IMG/VR virus record: IMGVR_UViG_3300034072_000926
Coordinates: 372,001-436,000 of that record
Strand: one strand, 5' to 3'
Length of the DNA stretch: 64,000 nt
Shown here piece after piece: positions 54,303 through 63,472 of the stretch. Positions within the stretch are counted from its first letter, which is position 1; every line of letters begins with the position of its first letter. Position numbers and translations under genes: made by a program. The notes beneath the pieces were generated by a model, which was not told where the DNA came from, searched no databases, and worked only from the letters and a program-made list of their open reading frames with translations.

Positions 54303-56402
54303 TTAGTTGCCGAAGCCGATGCCAGACTTACGATAACCCGGCTTGACCTTCAGTTCGTCCTCAATAAGGTTGAGGATTTCGTTAGGGTCTTCCACGCCCA
54401 GGATCGTGACCTTCTTCATGACCGTCGAGAAGTCACCCGGTGCCAGGTTATCGAAACGCTCAATGCGCGTCGGAGCAGGCAGCTTGAAATACTTCTCAAA
54501 GAGCTTCGCGCTTTGTTCAGGACGCATGAAGTCAAACTTCATCTTGAAGGTGAACCTACGCAGCGAGGCAGGGTCCAGGTTGTCCATCAAGTTGGTCGTG
54601 ATAATGAAGGGCTGGTCGTGATTTTCCATCTGCGACAGCATTTCATTGACCTGGCTGATCTCCCAGCTCTGACGTGCCTTGGTGCGATCCTGAAGGAAGG
54701 AGTCGCCTTCGTCGATGATCAGGACCTTCTTGCCCTCACGCGCTTCCTTGAAAGCCTTCGCGATGTTCTTCTCGCACTCGCCGAGCCACATGCTCTGCAG
54801 GTCCGATGCGCGCTTGTAGAGCACTTGCTTGCCTAGGCGCTTTGCAAGGTAGCGACCATATTCGCTCTTACCCGTGCCAGGAGCACCGTAGAGGCAAAGC
54901 GAGAATGCCGGGTTAGCGGTCATCAGACGCTCAGTGAACTTATTGAGGTCCAAGTCAGTGTTTGCGCAAGACACATCGTAGGGAGTGTCCTTCATCTTCA
55001 CTTCATCGAACTTGCGAGTCTCACCGAAGTTCATCAGTCGGTCGAGGCTAACGATAACTTCAGAGATGTCATCGCCCTCAAGGCCGGCCATGCCGCTGAT
55101 CTTCATGGAGTTGTTGATCAGAGCAGGAACAATGTCAAAGGAGTTGCCGAAGCTTTCCACGAGTTCGTCGGACAGGTTGACGTTATACTTTGCTGCCGCA
55201 CGAGCCCACATTCCCTTGCGAGCTTCCTGAGGAGGAATTTCGAAGTGAATGTTATAGACCATTCGACGCAAGCAAGCCGAACCCATCGCGGTCACGCTGT
55301 TGGTGGTCCAGATGATGGGGATGGTAGTCGTCTCAATAATGCGGTTGATGAACGCCTTGGAGAACGACGCATTGTTGTCGACCTTGAACAAGTCTTCCAT
55401 TTCATCGAAAAGGATGACCGCCTTCGGATCTTTCTTGAACAGCTTCAGTGCCAGCTTGAGCGAGGTCAAACGCTGAGCACGACCCTTTTCAGCATCGTCG
55501 TTTTCCGAGATGTCGCCGACGATGTGGAGGTTCCAGTCGTTCTGCTTCGCCAGTGCAAGAGCCAGTTCGGTCTTACCCGTGCCCGGCAGGCCCCAGAACA
55601 TCACGTTCGTGCCCTTGTTCTTGGTTTCCAAGCTCGTGTTCACGATCCGAACAGTGCGGTCGATTTCCTTTGCGAGGTGCGGATAATTCTCCATTCCGAG
55701 CGTGGATTCCACGTTGCTGGGAAAGAGCTTCTCTTCGAGAGATTCGATGGAGAAGCTAGTGGCGCAGAGCGCTTCCTTGAGTTCCGCATTCACGTAGGGA
55801 AGGCGATTACCTTCGCTCTCAATAAGGACACCCGACTTGAAGAGGAAGCCCTTGACAATCTTCTCCATATCCTGCGAAGGGATACCGAGGAGAATGTTGT
55901 AGCGTTGGACCGGATCCTTCATGTCCATGTGGTGCCCAAACTTGTCGAACACATAATTGTATCCGTAGGGCAGGCTCTGACGCAGTCGAATTGCAAGGTC
56001 GAGAATGACCGCTTCGTGCTCGTTCAAATCCAGCAAGTCAGCTAGTGCAACCGAGTTCTCGAGCAGTTCGAAGGGTTCCAGGACCTCAGGGAAGAGTTCG
56101 GCCATACGAGCAGCAGCAGCCTGCATGTCGTCGATGGTCATATACTTCTTGAAGCTTGCGTAGCTCGCGAATTCTGCCTTCTCGGGCGAGAGCGTTGCCA
56201 TCCACTCGTTCCGACGAGTAGTGATGATCGTCCACCACTGATTCTCGTTCTCAGAACCATCCTCGAGGTTGCCGACATACATGAGATGCCGATCCATCGC
56301 CTGCTCGATAGCCGAGTCCTGATGGGTGTGGGCAGTCCACGCTCGAACGAGGTTGTAGATCATCTTGTTGTAAAAGCGATTATGCATCTGAGGTCCCAAC
56401 AT
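54303..56402 (-). CDS. AAA+ ATPase with two AAA modules
   Basis: GLPGTGKT/ILFDEMED and GAPGTGKS/LIIDEGDS, LDPASLRRF, C-terminal IGF. Confidence 0.88.
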   Translation of the reverse strand: MLGPQMHNRFYNKMIYNLVRAWTAHTHQDSAIEQAMDRHLMYVGNLEDGSENENQWWTIITTRRNEWMATLSPEKAEFASYASFKKYMTIDDMQAAAARMAELFPEVLEPFELLENSVALADLLDLNEHEAVILDLAIRLRQSLPYGYNYVFDKFGHHMDMKDPVQRYNILLGIPSQDMEKIVKGFLFKSGVLIESEGNRLPYVNAELKEALCATSFSIESLEEKLFPSNVESTLGMENYPHLAKEIDRTVRIVNTSLETKNKGTNVMFWGLPGTGKTELALALAKQNDWNLHIVGDISENDDAEKGRAQRLTSLKLALKLFKKDPKAVILFDEMEDLFKVDNNASFSKAFINRIIETTTIPIIWTTNSVTAMGSACLRRMVYNIHFEIPPQEARKGMWARAAAKYNVNLSDELVESFGNSFDIVPALINNSMKISGMAGLEGDDISEVIVSLDRLMNFGETRKFDEVKMKDTPYDVSCANTDLDLNKFTERLMTANPAFSLCLYGAPGTGKSEYGRYLAKRLGKQVLYKRASDLQSMWLGECEKNIAKAFKEAREGKKVLIIDEGDSFLQDRTKARQSWEISQVNEMLSQMENHDQPFIITTNLMDNLDPASLRRFTFKMKFDFMRPEQSAKLFEKYFKLPAPTRIERFDNLAPGDFSTVMKKVTILGVEDPNEILNLIEDELKVKPGYRKSGIGFGN

Positions 56403-56482
56403 TAAGTCGATCTATCTTCGGACCTTGTTCGCACCTTTTAGTTTGTGGTAGGTGCTGCGTCAAGCAGGAAAATCACCTGCCC

Positions 56483-56857
56483 TTAATAATCTTCTCGCCA
56501 TGCCAGTTTCGCCAAAACCATGTCGTAATGGTTCTCCATATAGCAGATGACCATTCGACGATTGGTATAAAATTCGATAAAGGATTCCGAGATGTCGATC
56601 AATTCCCAAGTCGATAGGGTTGTGTTCATATCACGACGACATTTGATATAACTGTAGATGTCTCTTTCGCACCAGTCATAGACAATTTCGTTACGACCGG
56701 CTTCGTAGACTAGAGCTTCCCGAACCAATTCAGGAAGTCTCTGGAAAGTGTCGAAGGGCCGGGAGATAGTGCCTGACCAGTCAACCATCTTGGCAACCAC
56801 TACCGGCCCTTCCACTTCAAAGTCTGCAAGCGAGGATCCTGGGGTTCCTTCGCCCAC
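56483..56857 (-). CDS. hypothetical protein with C-terminal VLAKLAW tag
   Basis: YMENHYDMVLAKLAW. Confidence 0.65.
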   Translation of the reverse strand: MGEGTPGSSLADFEVEGPVVVAKMVDWSGTISRPFDTFQRLPELVREALVYEAGRNEIVYDWCERDIYSYIKCRRDMNTTLSTWELIDISESFIEFYTNRRMVICYMENHYDMVLAKLAWREDY

Positions 56858-57600
56858 GTGTCGTTGAACTTGCCAATCGTCAAGTGCAGGTTCCAGTTCG
56901 AGGGAATATCGAATTCGTCCCGAATCTGCTTCAGCATAGGAGCCTGAACCACAATAAACCAGTGCAACGCCTTGCGGTCGCCAGTCGTATCGCCCGTGAA
57001 CCGAATGTCCGGCTCATAAGTGAACTCGATCTGCTGACCCTCATACTTGCCCCAAAGGGCATGACGCTCCTCACGAGGAACATCAATGAGGTCGTTGACG
57101 CCACGGGTAATCGTAATGTGCGGCACGTGGCTCGGAGCGAGAAGCCCCAGACCTTCGACGCCCGTCATGTTCAGCAGCTCTCGATCAACGAACCAGCGAT
57201 AATAGCTTGCAAGGTCCAGATCGACCGTTGCTACCGCCCAGTAGTGATACTGGTTACGGTAACGAGACATCTGCTCCAGCTTGTCGCGGAACTTGCCACC
57301 GCCCTTGCAAGCAAGCAAAGCCCGTGCAAGGAACCTGCAAGCCAGCTGCGCGTCGACTACATCGCCGGCCGCATAAGCGTCAAAGAGCGCGATACGCTGC
57401 TGAGCAACCACATCATCAGCCGTCGGCGTTACGCGGAACTGACTCAGGTCGAGGTCATCCATGACGAACTTGTAGAAGTCATAGGCAACTCGATCTTCGC
57501 GCTTCTTCAGCGTGGGATTGCGATAAGGCTCATAATGGATCACTCCCTGTCCAGTGAGCGAGCCCTTGGGCTTTGCAGTAAGGATGCGTCTCTGTTCCAT
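56800..57600 (-). CDS. 2H phosphoesterase-domain protein
   Basis: PHITI and LHLTIG HxT motifs. Confidence 0.7.
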   Translation of the reverse strand: MEQRRILTAKPKGSLTGQGVIHYEPYRNPTLKKREDRVAYDFYKFVMDDLDLSQFRVTPTADDVVAQQRIALFDAYAAGDVVDAQLACRFLARALLACKGGGKFRDKLEQMSRYRNQYHYWAVATVDLDLASYYRWFVDRELLNMTGVEGLGLLAPSHVPHITITRGVNDLIDVPREERHALWGKYEGQQIEFTYEPDIRFTGDTTGDRKALHWFIVVQAPMLKQIRDEFDIPSNWNLHLTIGKFNDTWAKEPQDPRLQTLKWKGR

Positions 57601-57637
57601 ATCACCTGTTTAGCAGGAAAGAAAGACTTGTCAAGCG

Positions 57638-57670
57638 AAAAGGGTGGAAGTTTCCTTCCACCCTTCCCTT
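57638..57670 (-). terminator. intrinsic terminator
   Basis: AAGGGTGGAAG-GAAA-CTTCCACCCTTTT on minus. Confidence 0.8.
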
Positions 57671-57737
57671 CCGTCAACCGTGAAGGAACTTAGGCTTGGA
57701 TGAAATTTGATTGATATTTGGGAAAGAGACTGGAAAG

Positions 57738-58094
57738 TTAGCTCTCGACAAATACCTTCTTAGTATGATTCCAATTATAGGTTCGACCGTTCATCCTTAG
57801 GCCAACCAAAGCGTCCAAATTTACGTTACGAAATGCACCCTTCTGCATTTCCTCCTGCGTCTTGCCCTTGTTGTGGGCCGCGCTAGGGTCCAGCTTCTGC
57901 ATGTCATATACAGTGAGGAGGTTGTGGTCGCTGGGCTTGTAAGCCTGGCCGACACCCTTGACGCCCTTGCTGACACCACGACGGCAATTCATTGTGCGGA
58001 TGCTGCCATCGCCGCGCTTCACGAAGTCGACGGTGAAGAGCTGACCACTGGCGGTCTTTTCCATAAACTGGTCGAGGGTCATTTCCTGTGCCAA
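57738..58094 (-). CDS. SH3/WYL-like beta-barrel phage protein
   Basis: FTVDFVKRGDGSIRTMNC...VYDM...FRNV. Confidence 0.7.
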   Translation of the reverse strand: MAQEMTLDQFMEKTASGQLFTVDFVKRGDGSIRTMNCRRGVSKGVKGVGQAYKPSDHNLLTVYDMQKLDPSAAHNKGKTQEEMQKGAFRNVNLDALVGLRMNGRTYNWNHTKKVFVES

Positions 58095-58168
58095 AGTGCA
58101 GTCTCCCTTTAGTTGATACATATCAATTAGCGGGAAAACTGCACTCTGTCAAGCCCGATCTAGAACTT

Positions 58169-58507
58169 TTATCGTTTTGCCGAAACTTTCTTCGGCTTGG
58201 TCTTCTTTGTGGGCATAGATATCCCACCATAGCCGATCCGTTTGACGCCTGCTCCTGCGCCACTGACGATCACGAGGTCATGATCGCAAGCTTTGAGCAT
58301 TGCACGGATGGTTGCAAGCTGCGGGAAGCGGGTCTCGCGATACAACCATTTGCTGGTCGTCTGAGGGGTGGGGCCACCACGCTCATGCACTCGCTTGAGG
58401 GACTGGCCACTGTTGAGCATGACTGCGATACAATCGTCTCTCAGGTCTTCCAGTTCAACCAGCGGCTGACGTGCGAGAACAAACGGTTTACCTTTTGCCT
58501 TTGCCAT
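58169..58507 (-). CDS. XRE-type HTH protein
   Basis: SGQSLKRVHERGGPTPQTTSKW...PQLATIRAML. Confidence 0.7.
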   Translation of the reverse strand: MAKAKGKPFVLARQPLVELEDLRDDCIAVMLNSGQSLKRVHERGGPTPQTTSKWLYRETRFPQLATIRAMLKACDHDLVIVSGAGAGVKRIGYGGISMPTKKTKPKKVSAKR

Positions 58508-58516
58508 GATATCTCC

Positions 58517-59821
58517 TTACAGTTTTGGCAATTCCCACTTGATCCGGATGCTGCGGATTGGCTTGCCCTTACGGAACGCCATAAATCCACGCATCAAGAC
58601 TTCGACTTTCTGTTCCCTAACAAGCGAACTCAATTCGAGCAGCTTCTCGCGAGTCACATAAGCGGGACTCTGAGCATCCAAGCCGATACCTGTGATGACC
58701 TGCCCCATGAAGGTATCAGCTGCATCCTTGTCAGCTTGGCTCATCACATAGTAACAGAACCCTATCACACTTGGCGGAGCAAGTCGCTTGCTCTTGTTGC
58801 CATGCTTGTAGGGAAACTGGCTTGCAAGATCGAGCATCTTGTCGGTCTTGGCTCGCTCATAGATCTCAGCGGCTGTCACACGATTCAAGTTGGCAAAGTT
58901 CTGCCCATCATTGCGCTCATATGCAATGAGGAAGCGAGTCAGTGCCGCGAGGGTTGTGGGCTGGGTGAACCCATCGACGCTCAGATGATCGTGGGCGCCA
59001 CGATTAGCCCCGGTATCCACTGTTCGCCGCGATGCGCGTTCCACGCCAAAAACAAAGAGAACCGGGATCGCCTTCTGTGTGTCCAAGACCGCGAGGCTGC
59101 GATGCTGACCATTGTTGACCAACCCTTCCTTGCTGATGATGATGGTTTCACCGTTGAAGTCCCAACGATCAGCATTGATGTCGCTGATGTATTGGTTCAG
59201 CTTTGCTTGCCGGACAGGACGATTCCCGTCATTGTGTTCCAACAAGACCGTTGCAAGTTCGGGAGTCATATCGACTTGGACGGTATGGACCCGTTTCTGG
59301 GAGAGTCTGACCTGTTCCTGATACCACGCTTTCGCATCGTCGATGTCTGTGAGGTCTGCATGAGCAGCCCGTTCAGAGGAGACATCTTCCTGGAAATGTG
59401 TAGCAGGGAAGTTGTGTTCGGGTTCTGCGCTCTCTTTCAAGCCCACAATGTCCACGAACGTTTCGCGAACCAAGTCTGGAAGTTCGCTTGTCACTTCGAT
59501 CTCATGTGTCTCAGGATGATAGACACCCTTGAGATGTTGGGCTGGCATTTCCCTGGACGCCGTCGTGAGACCAGTGAGATGATGTTCGCCCAGTGAGGTC
59601 GCATAAGCAAAATTGCCTCGGTTGCGGTCACTAAGTTTCACACCATCTTCGCCGATCTTGATCCGCAGTCGGCCATCGGACTGTTCGATCCGCGCATTTC
59701 GATCTGCTTCTGGGATTTGAGAAATGAATTCCTTGTGGACTCCCAGGCTCCACACAAGGCGCGGATTGGCCTTGGTTCCCATTCGTAGGCTAGATAGCCT
59801 CAAATCAATTGCTTGGTTCAT
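58517..59821 (-). CDS. ParB/Srx-fold (DGQHR-like) protein
   Basis: TPELA..LL..NDGNRPV, W.FNGETI, NGQHRSLA. Confidence 0.75.
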   Translation of the reverse strand: MNQAIDLRLSSLRMGTKANPRLVWSLGVHKEFISQIPEADRNARIEQSDGRLRIKIGEDGVKLSDRNRGNFAYATSLGEHHLTGLTTASREMPAQHLKGVYHPETHEIEVTSELPDLVRETFVDIVGLKESAEPEHNFPATHFQEDVSSERAAHADLTDIDDAKAWYQEQVRLSQKRVHTVQVDMTPELATVLLEHNDGNRPVRQAKLNQYISDINADRWDFNGETIIISKEGLVNNGQHRSLAVLDTQKAIPVLFVFGVERASRRTVDTGANRGAHDHLSVDGFTQPTTLAALTRFLIAYERNDGQNFANLNRVTAAEIYERAKTDKMLDLASQFPYKHGNKSKRLAPPSVIGFCYYVMSQADKDAADTFMGQVITGIGLDAQSPAYVTREKLLELSSLVREQKVEVLMRGFMAFRKGKPIRSIRIKWELPKL

Positions 59822-59824
59822 AGT

Positions 59825-60058
59825 TTACTCCGATCTAACTGTAGCGATGACTCGATCCATAAAAGCTTTCTCGACGGTCTGTTTGTCATTCGTAAATGCA
59901 CTAAGGGCCTCGATAAGTTTGGGGTTTATATCTGGATCGAAGAACATCTTTATGACAGTGCTGGCAAGGTATTGCTTGCTCATGCCAGTTCTCTTGGCTA
60001 CAAGATCGAGCGCACCACTCGCCTCTTTTGTTATTGAAACGCTTGTGGTTGTCGTCAT
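59825..60058 (-). CDS. ribbon-helix-helix protein
   Basis: TSVSITKEASGALDLVAKRTGMSKQYLAS. Confidence 0.7.
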   Translation of the reverse strand: MTTTTSVSITKEASGALDLVAKRTGMSKQYLASTVIKMFFDPDINPKLIEALSAFTNDKQTVEKAFMDRVIATVRSE

Positions 60059-60190
60059 ACTGACCTCATAAGGCTATAGGAATGCAGAAGAAGCCCGAAC
60101 GCCGAAGCGATCAGGCTACTACTTGCTTTTGTCGAGATGCGCGTATTGCGACCCACTGACATTCCTATCTCTCTACTGTCAGTGAGCTAA

Positions 60191-60231
60191 CTTATAGATT
60201 GCTTATAAGAAGTCAAGAACACACTTATAAG
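60191..60231 (-). promoter_or_regulatory. promoter with CTTATAAG palindromic operators
   Basis: CTTATA at 60191, 60202 and 60224 overlapping TTGACT-N16-TAAGTT. Confidence 0.6.
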
Positions 60232-60241
60232 CCGTTTATGG

Positions 60242-60682
60242 CTATGATATTTCACTCACAATGTCAGCCAGAATCTCATCTGCTAGAGCGAGAAGTTCAG
60301 CTTTTTGTACGAGTTGAAGCGCGATTGGTGCTCGACGATCCTGAGTCATCTTGAGTTCGAAGGAGCAAGTTCGGTAACTGAACAGGTCTTTTGCTTCAAT
60401 ATTTCCTAGATCGATCTGTTGCTGATTGTGGGAGAGTCTTTCCCTGCGGGCTTCAATGAGACTGTGGAACTTCTGTATGAACCACGGCCCCCCGCCATGC
60501 TTTATCATATTGTTGTCAGCGAAGAATCGTCCCTTGGGTTCACGTTTCGCAACCTCAAATGCAAGGAAGGGCGTTATTAGGACGATGTTCTTGGAATTTG
60601 TTTCGAAGCGACCAAACATCTTCGCATTTCGGAAGACCTTAGCGGAGTCAATTACATTAGGAACGAGTTCACTCATGTTCAC
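60242..60682 (-). CDS. hypothetical protein
   Basis: GAGGTGA SD. Confidence 0.7.
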   Translation of the reverse strand: MNMSELVPNVIDSAKVFRNAKMFGRFETNSKNIVLITPFLAFEVAKREPKGRFFADNNMIKHGGGPWFIQKFHSLIEARRERLSHNQQQIDLGNIEAKDLFSYRTCSFELKMTQDRRAPIALQLVQKAELLALADEILADIVSEIS

Positions 60683-60999
60683 CTCTCATAACAACGGGGA
60701 GGGCTTTGCAGCACCTCCCCGTCGGTAGCCCGCTTACTAGACAACTTGGGAACCAGGTCGGGTCGCTACAACCAGATCCTTTAGCCGTCTTTCCACACCG
60801 TCCGCCACGCACACCGTAAAGCCCTGTATGCCCCGCGAAATGTGCCCACCTTCCCTAGAAGGAAAGGCTCTCCCTCAGCAAACTACAGCCTGCAGAGTAG
60901 TGGAATTCGTAGAAAAAGCAAGACGTTTACGCCTATGCAACAAAATTTTTCTAGGTTAGTCAAGTCTTTAACCTAATATCATTATATTCAATGCAGTAG

Positions 61000-61299
61000 T
61001 TACATGAATGTGATGCGAATATAATGAGTAAAGTTTGCACAATGCTTGGATTCGTCGACTACGGGCCCGTAGATGGCCTCCAAGTAGGCAAAATTATAGG
61101 TCTGGTGCGCGTCCTTAACCGTTGACATTGTGAGCTCTCGAAGCTGCTGGCGATCCAGTTCAGGGTCGACTAACATGCGGAAAACTCGCTGTCCGTTATG
61201 GTTGGTGAAATTCGCGACTTTGACATAAACGCCCAGTTCGTTCGAGACGACCTGAGCGTATGTGTAATCAGCGGGGTAATCACGACAATCTAAGTGCAT
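61000..61299 (-). CDS. hypothetical protein
   Basis: GAGG SD; upstream ATAAGTA. Confidence 0.65.
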   Translation of the reverse strand: MHLDCRDYPADYTYAQVVSNELGVYVKVANFTNHNGQRVFRMLVDPELDRQQLRELTMSTVKDAHQTYNFAYLEAIYGPVVDESKHCANFTHYIRITFM

Positions 61300-61350
61300 A
61301 ATGAACCTCTAAGTAGGAAGGCTACTTCCTACTTATCAGTTGTTCAGCCC

Positions 61351-61839
61351 TCAGGATGCAAGGATCATAGCCTGGTAGCGGCCAGAGAAATCGTCCCAGC
61401 TCTTCATGCCGGTCGGGTTGAAGCTGATCCGCTGGAATGCAAGCAAGTGGCGCATCACTGCAACGGGAATCACGACCTCGAGGATCTTCCGCAAACCTTC
61501 CTCGGTCATCGTGTCCATATAATTGCGGTCTGCGAACATCTTGCGACATTCCTCAAAAGCTTCCTTGGACTTGTAGTCGCCGGTGAAGTTCTCCATCGAG
61601 TAGCGCAGAAGGGTATCAATTTTCGGATTCATGACCTCCTGATACTGCGGATTCAGGTGGGTCGGACCATCCGACTTGTCCTTCATGAGCGTGTGGAAAG
61701 CGATCACATCCTGCTGGAGACGGACCATAGTCGCATACTTGTTCAGACCGGCGGCCTTGGCAGCACCTTCAAGTGCGCCCATCGCTGCGCCGGCGATTGC
61801 AGCTTTGAAAATGTTCTTCAGAATTTCACGGCGGTTCAT
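61351..61839 (-). CDS. hypothetical protein with twin-arginine-like N-terminus
   Basis: MNRREILK; cassette unit 61840-61898. Confidence 0.75.
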   Translation of the reverse strand: MNRREILKNIFKAAIAGAAMGALEGAAKAAGLNKYATMVRLQQDVIAFHTLMKDKSDGPTHLNPQYQEVMNPKIDTLLRYSMENFTGDYKSKEAFEECRKMFADRNYMDTMTEEGLRKILEVVIPVAVMRHLLAFQRISFNPTGMKSWDDFSGRYQAMILAS

Positions 61840-61930
61840 GTTCGATCTCCTGTTTGTCTCTATGCCATATTCATAGCATCAAACAGGAGACACGCAACCT
61901 CTTTTTCACCTTTGTTGAAAGAAAGGTGAC

Positions 61931-63472
61931 TTATACGGCGTAACGAACCTCCGCTTCCCAGTTGCCAATACGCACACCGCCCTTCTTCACCTTGCTCATC
62001 TCATACGTTGCGAGAATGTCCTCGATAACCCCGTAGCGGGTGTTCAGAGCTCCGTCGATGAAGATCTCCTTATCGAGTTGCTTATTGACCAACTGCTGGA
62101 AGAGGACGTTCCCAGCAAGTCCATTCTTGATCTTCGGTTCCATCTCCTGGAACTTCTTGTGGTCAATACCCAGGTAGTCCCGAACCATAATGTTGATCGT
62201 GGAAACGACCTGCAAGGTGTGTTCGCGGCTGCAAAGACCACAGATCTTTGTGGTCTTGATGTTGAATACGTGACCACAATCCTCGTCTTCACAACGCTTC
62301 CAAACATTGGTGCGCTTCTCGTAGCTCTTAGCCGACAGTTCGCGTTCCTCACGTTCGAGGAGCAGACCCTTTGCAGCACGGGGCCATTCAATTGCTTCGA
62401 CCGGACCATGCTCCTTGATGTTGCCGGCAAAATCGAAAACATAGCCGAAACGCTCGCCTTCACACTTGCGGAGGACACGACCTACCATCTGCTGGTAAAA
62501 CGCAATGCTGCCGACCTTGCGGGTCAGGAAGCAGAACTTGGCCAGCTTCTCGTCAAAGCCTTCACACAGAGCGTTAACGCTGATCAGCACCTGCGTGATG
62601 CCCTCATGGAAACGCTTGAAGATGTCTTCCCGAACCACCGGGCTCTGACCCTGAACATAATCGACATCGCCAACATTGCCCTTGCCTGCCGTTACGACTT
62701 CGCACTTAATGCCCAGTGCAAGGAACTGCGCTTCCAGTTGCTTGGAGTGGTTCGTATCATCGGTAAACACGATAGTGCGCTTGTTCTCATGCGAGGCAGT
62801 TGCGAGCAGCCATGTCTTGCCAACATGGTCATCAGCGAGGCTGAGCTCTTCATATACGGGCTTCTTCAAGTCGCCTCGTTCGATGAGTTCGCTCATCGTT
62901 GCTGCAACGATCATCCGATCCCCATACCATTCTGCAAGGCTTTCGCCGGGCTTATCAGTGCCATCCCGATACGGAGTAGCGGTGAAGCCGACGACCTTAG
63001 CGTTGGGCCAGCGGTTGCGGATTGCTTGGAACTCCGACGAGGTTGCCTTGTGGGCTTCATCGAAGATGATCATTGTGGGTTCGAAGCTGGGATCGAAGTA
63101 GAGGTCGTTGGACAGACCGAGGGTGTTGGTCAACGTCTTCGGAAGCGTAACGAGCAAGTTACGCTTATAGTCGCATACCAGCTTGTGGGAAGCCTTGCCG
63201 ACCAAGTAGGTCTTGATCGAATCATGCAGGGCGCTCGACATAATCTGGAAGCCATGCTGCATGGTTGCAATCGTCTGTCCCAGGAGAACCTGCAAGTTAA
63301 CGATTGCAAGAACCCGACCGCCCCGCTTGATTTCCTCAGCCGCTACGTCTCCCATCACGACCGTCTTGCCGTATCCCGTAGGAGCAACGACAAGAACAGA
63401 AGGCTGTTGCTGCAAAATGTTAAACACTTGCGTTGTTACGTTGCGCTGTTCTTCACGAGGCTTGATGACCAT
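61931..63472 (-). CDS. SF2 DEAH-box helicase with C-terminal Zn ribbon
   Basis: APTGYGKT, DEAH, GFTATP, EGFD, QMVGRVLR, C....C..CGLC. Confidence 0.9.
   Translation of the reverse strand: MVIKPREEQRNVTTQVFNILQQQPSVLVVAPTGYGKTVVMGDVAAEEIKRGGRVLAIVNLQVLLGQTIATMQHGFQIMSSALHDSIKTYLVGKASHKLVCDYKRNLLVTLPKTLTNTLGLSNDLYFDPSFEPTMIIFDEAHKATSSEFQAIRNRWPNAKVVGFTATPYRDGTDKPGESLAEWYGDRMIVAATMSELIERGDLKKPVYEELSLADDHVGKTWLLATASHENKRTIVFTDDTNHSKQLEAQFLALGIKCEVVTAGKGNVGDVDYVQGQSPVVREDIFKRFHEGITQVLISVNALCEGFDEKLAKFCFLTRKVGSIAFYQQMVGRVLRKCEGERFGYVFDFAGNIKEHGPVEAIEWPRAAKGLLLEREERELSAKSYEKRTNVWKRCEDEDCGHVFNIKTTKICGLCSREHTLQVVSTINIMVRDYLGIDHKKFQEMEPKIKNGLAGNVLFQQLVNKQLDKEIFIDGALNTRYGVIEDILATYEMSKVKKGGVRIGNWEAEVRYAV

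Noticed and set aside
58088-59596. 502-aa + strand ORF
   Set aside because: Antisense to ParB-like/XRE genes; no recognisable motifs
49811-60830. CACCGTAAA shared by two structured regions
   Set aside because: A 9-mer match on opposite inferred strands; compatible with chance
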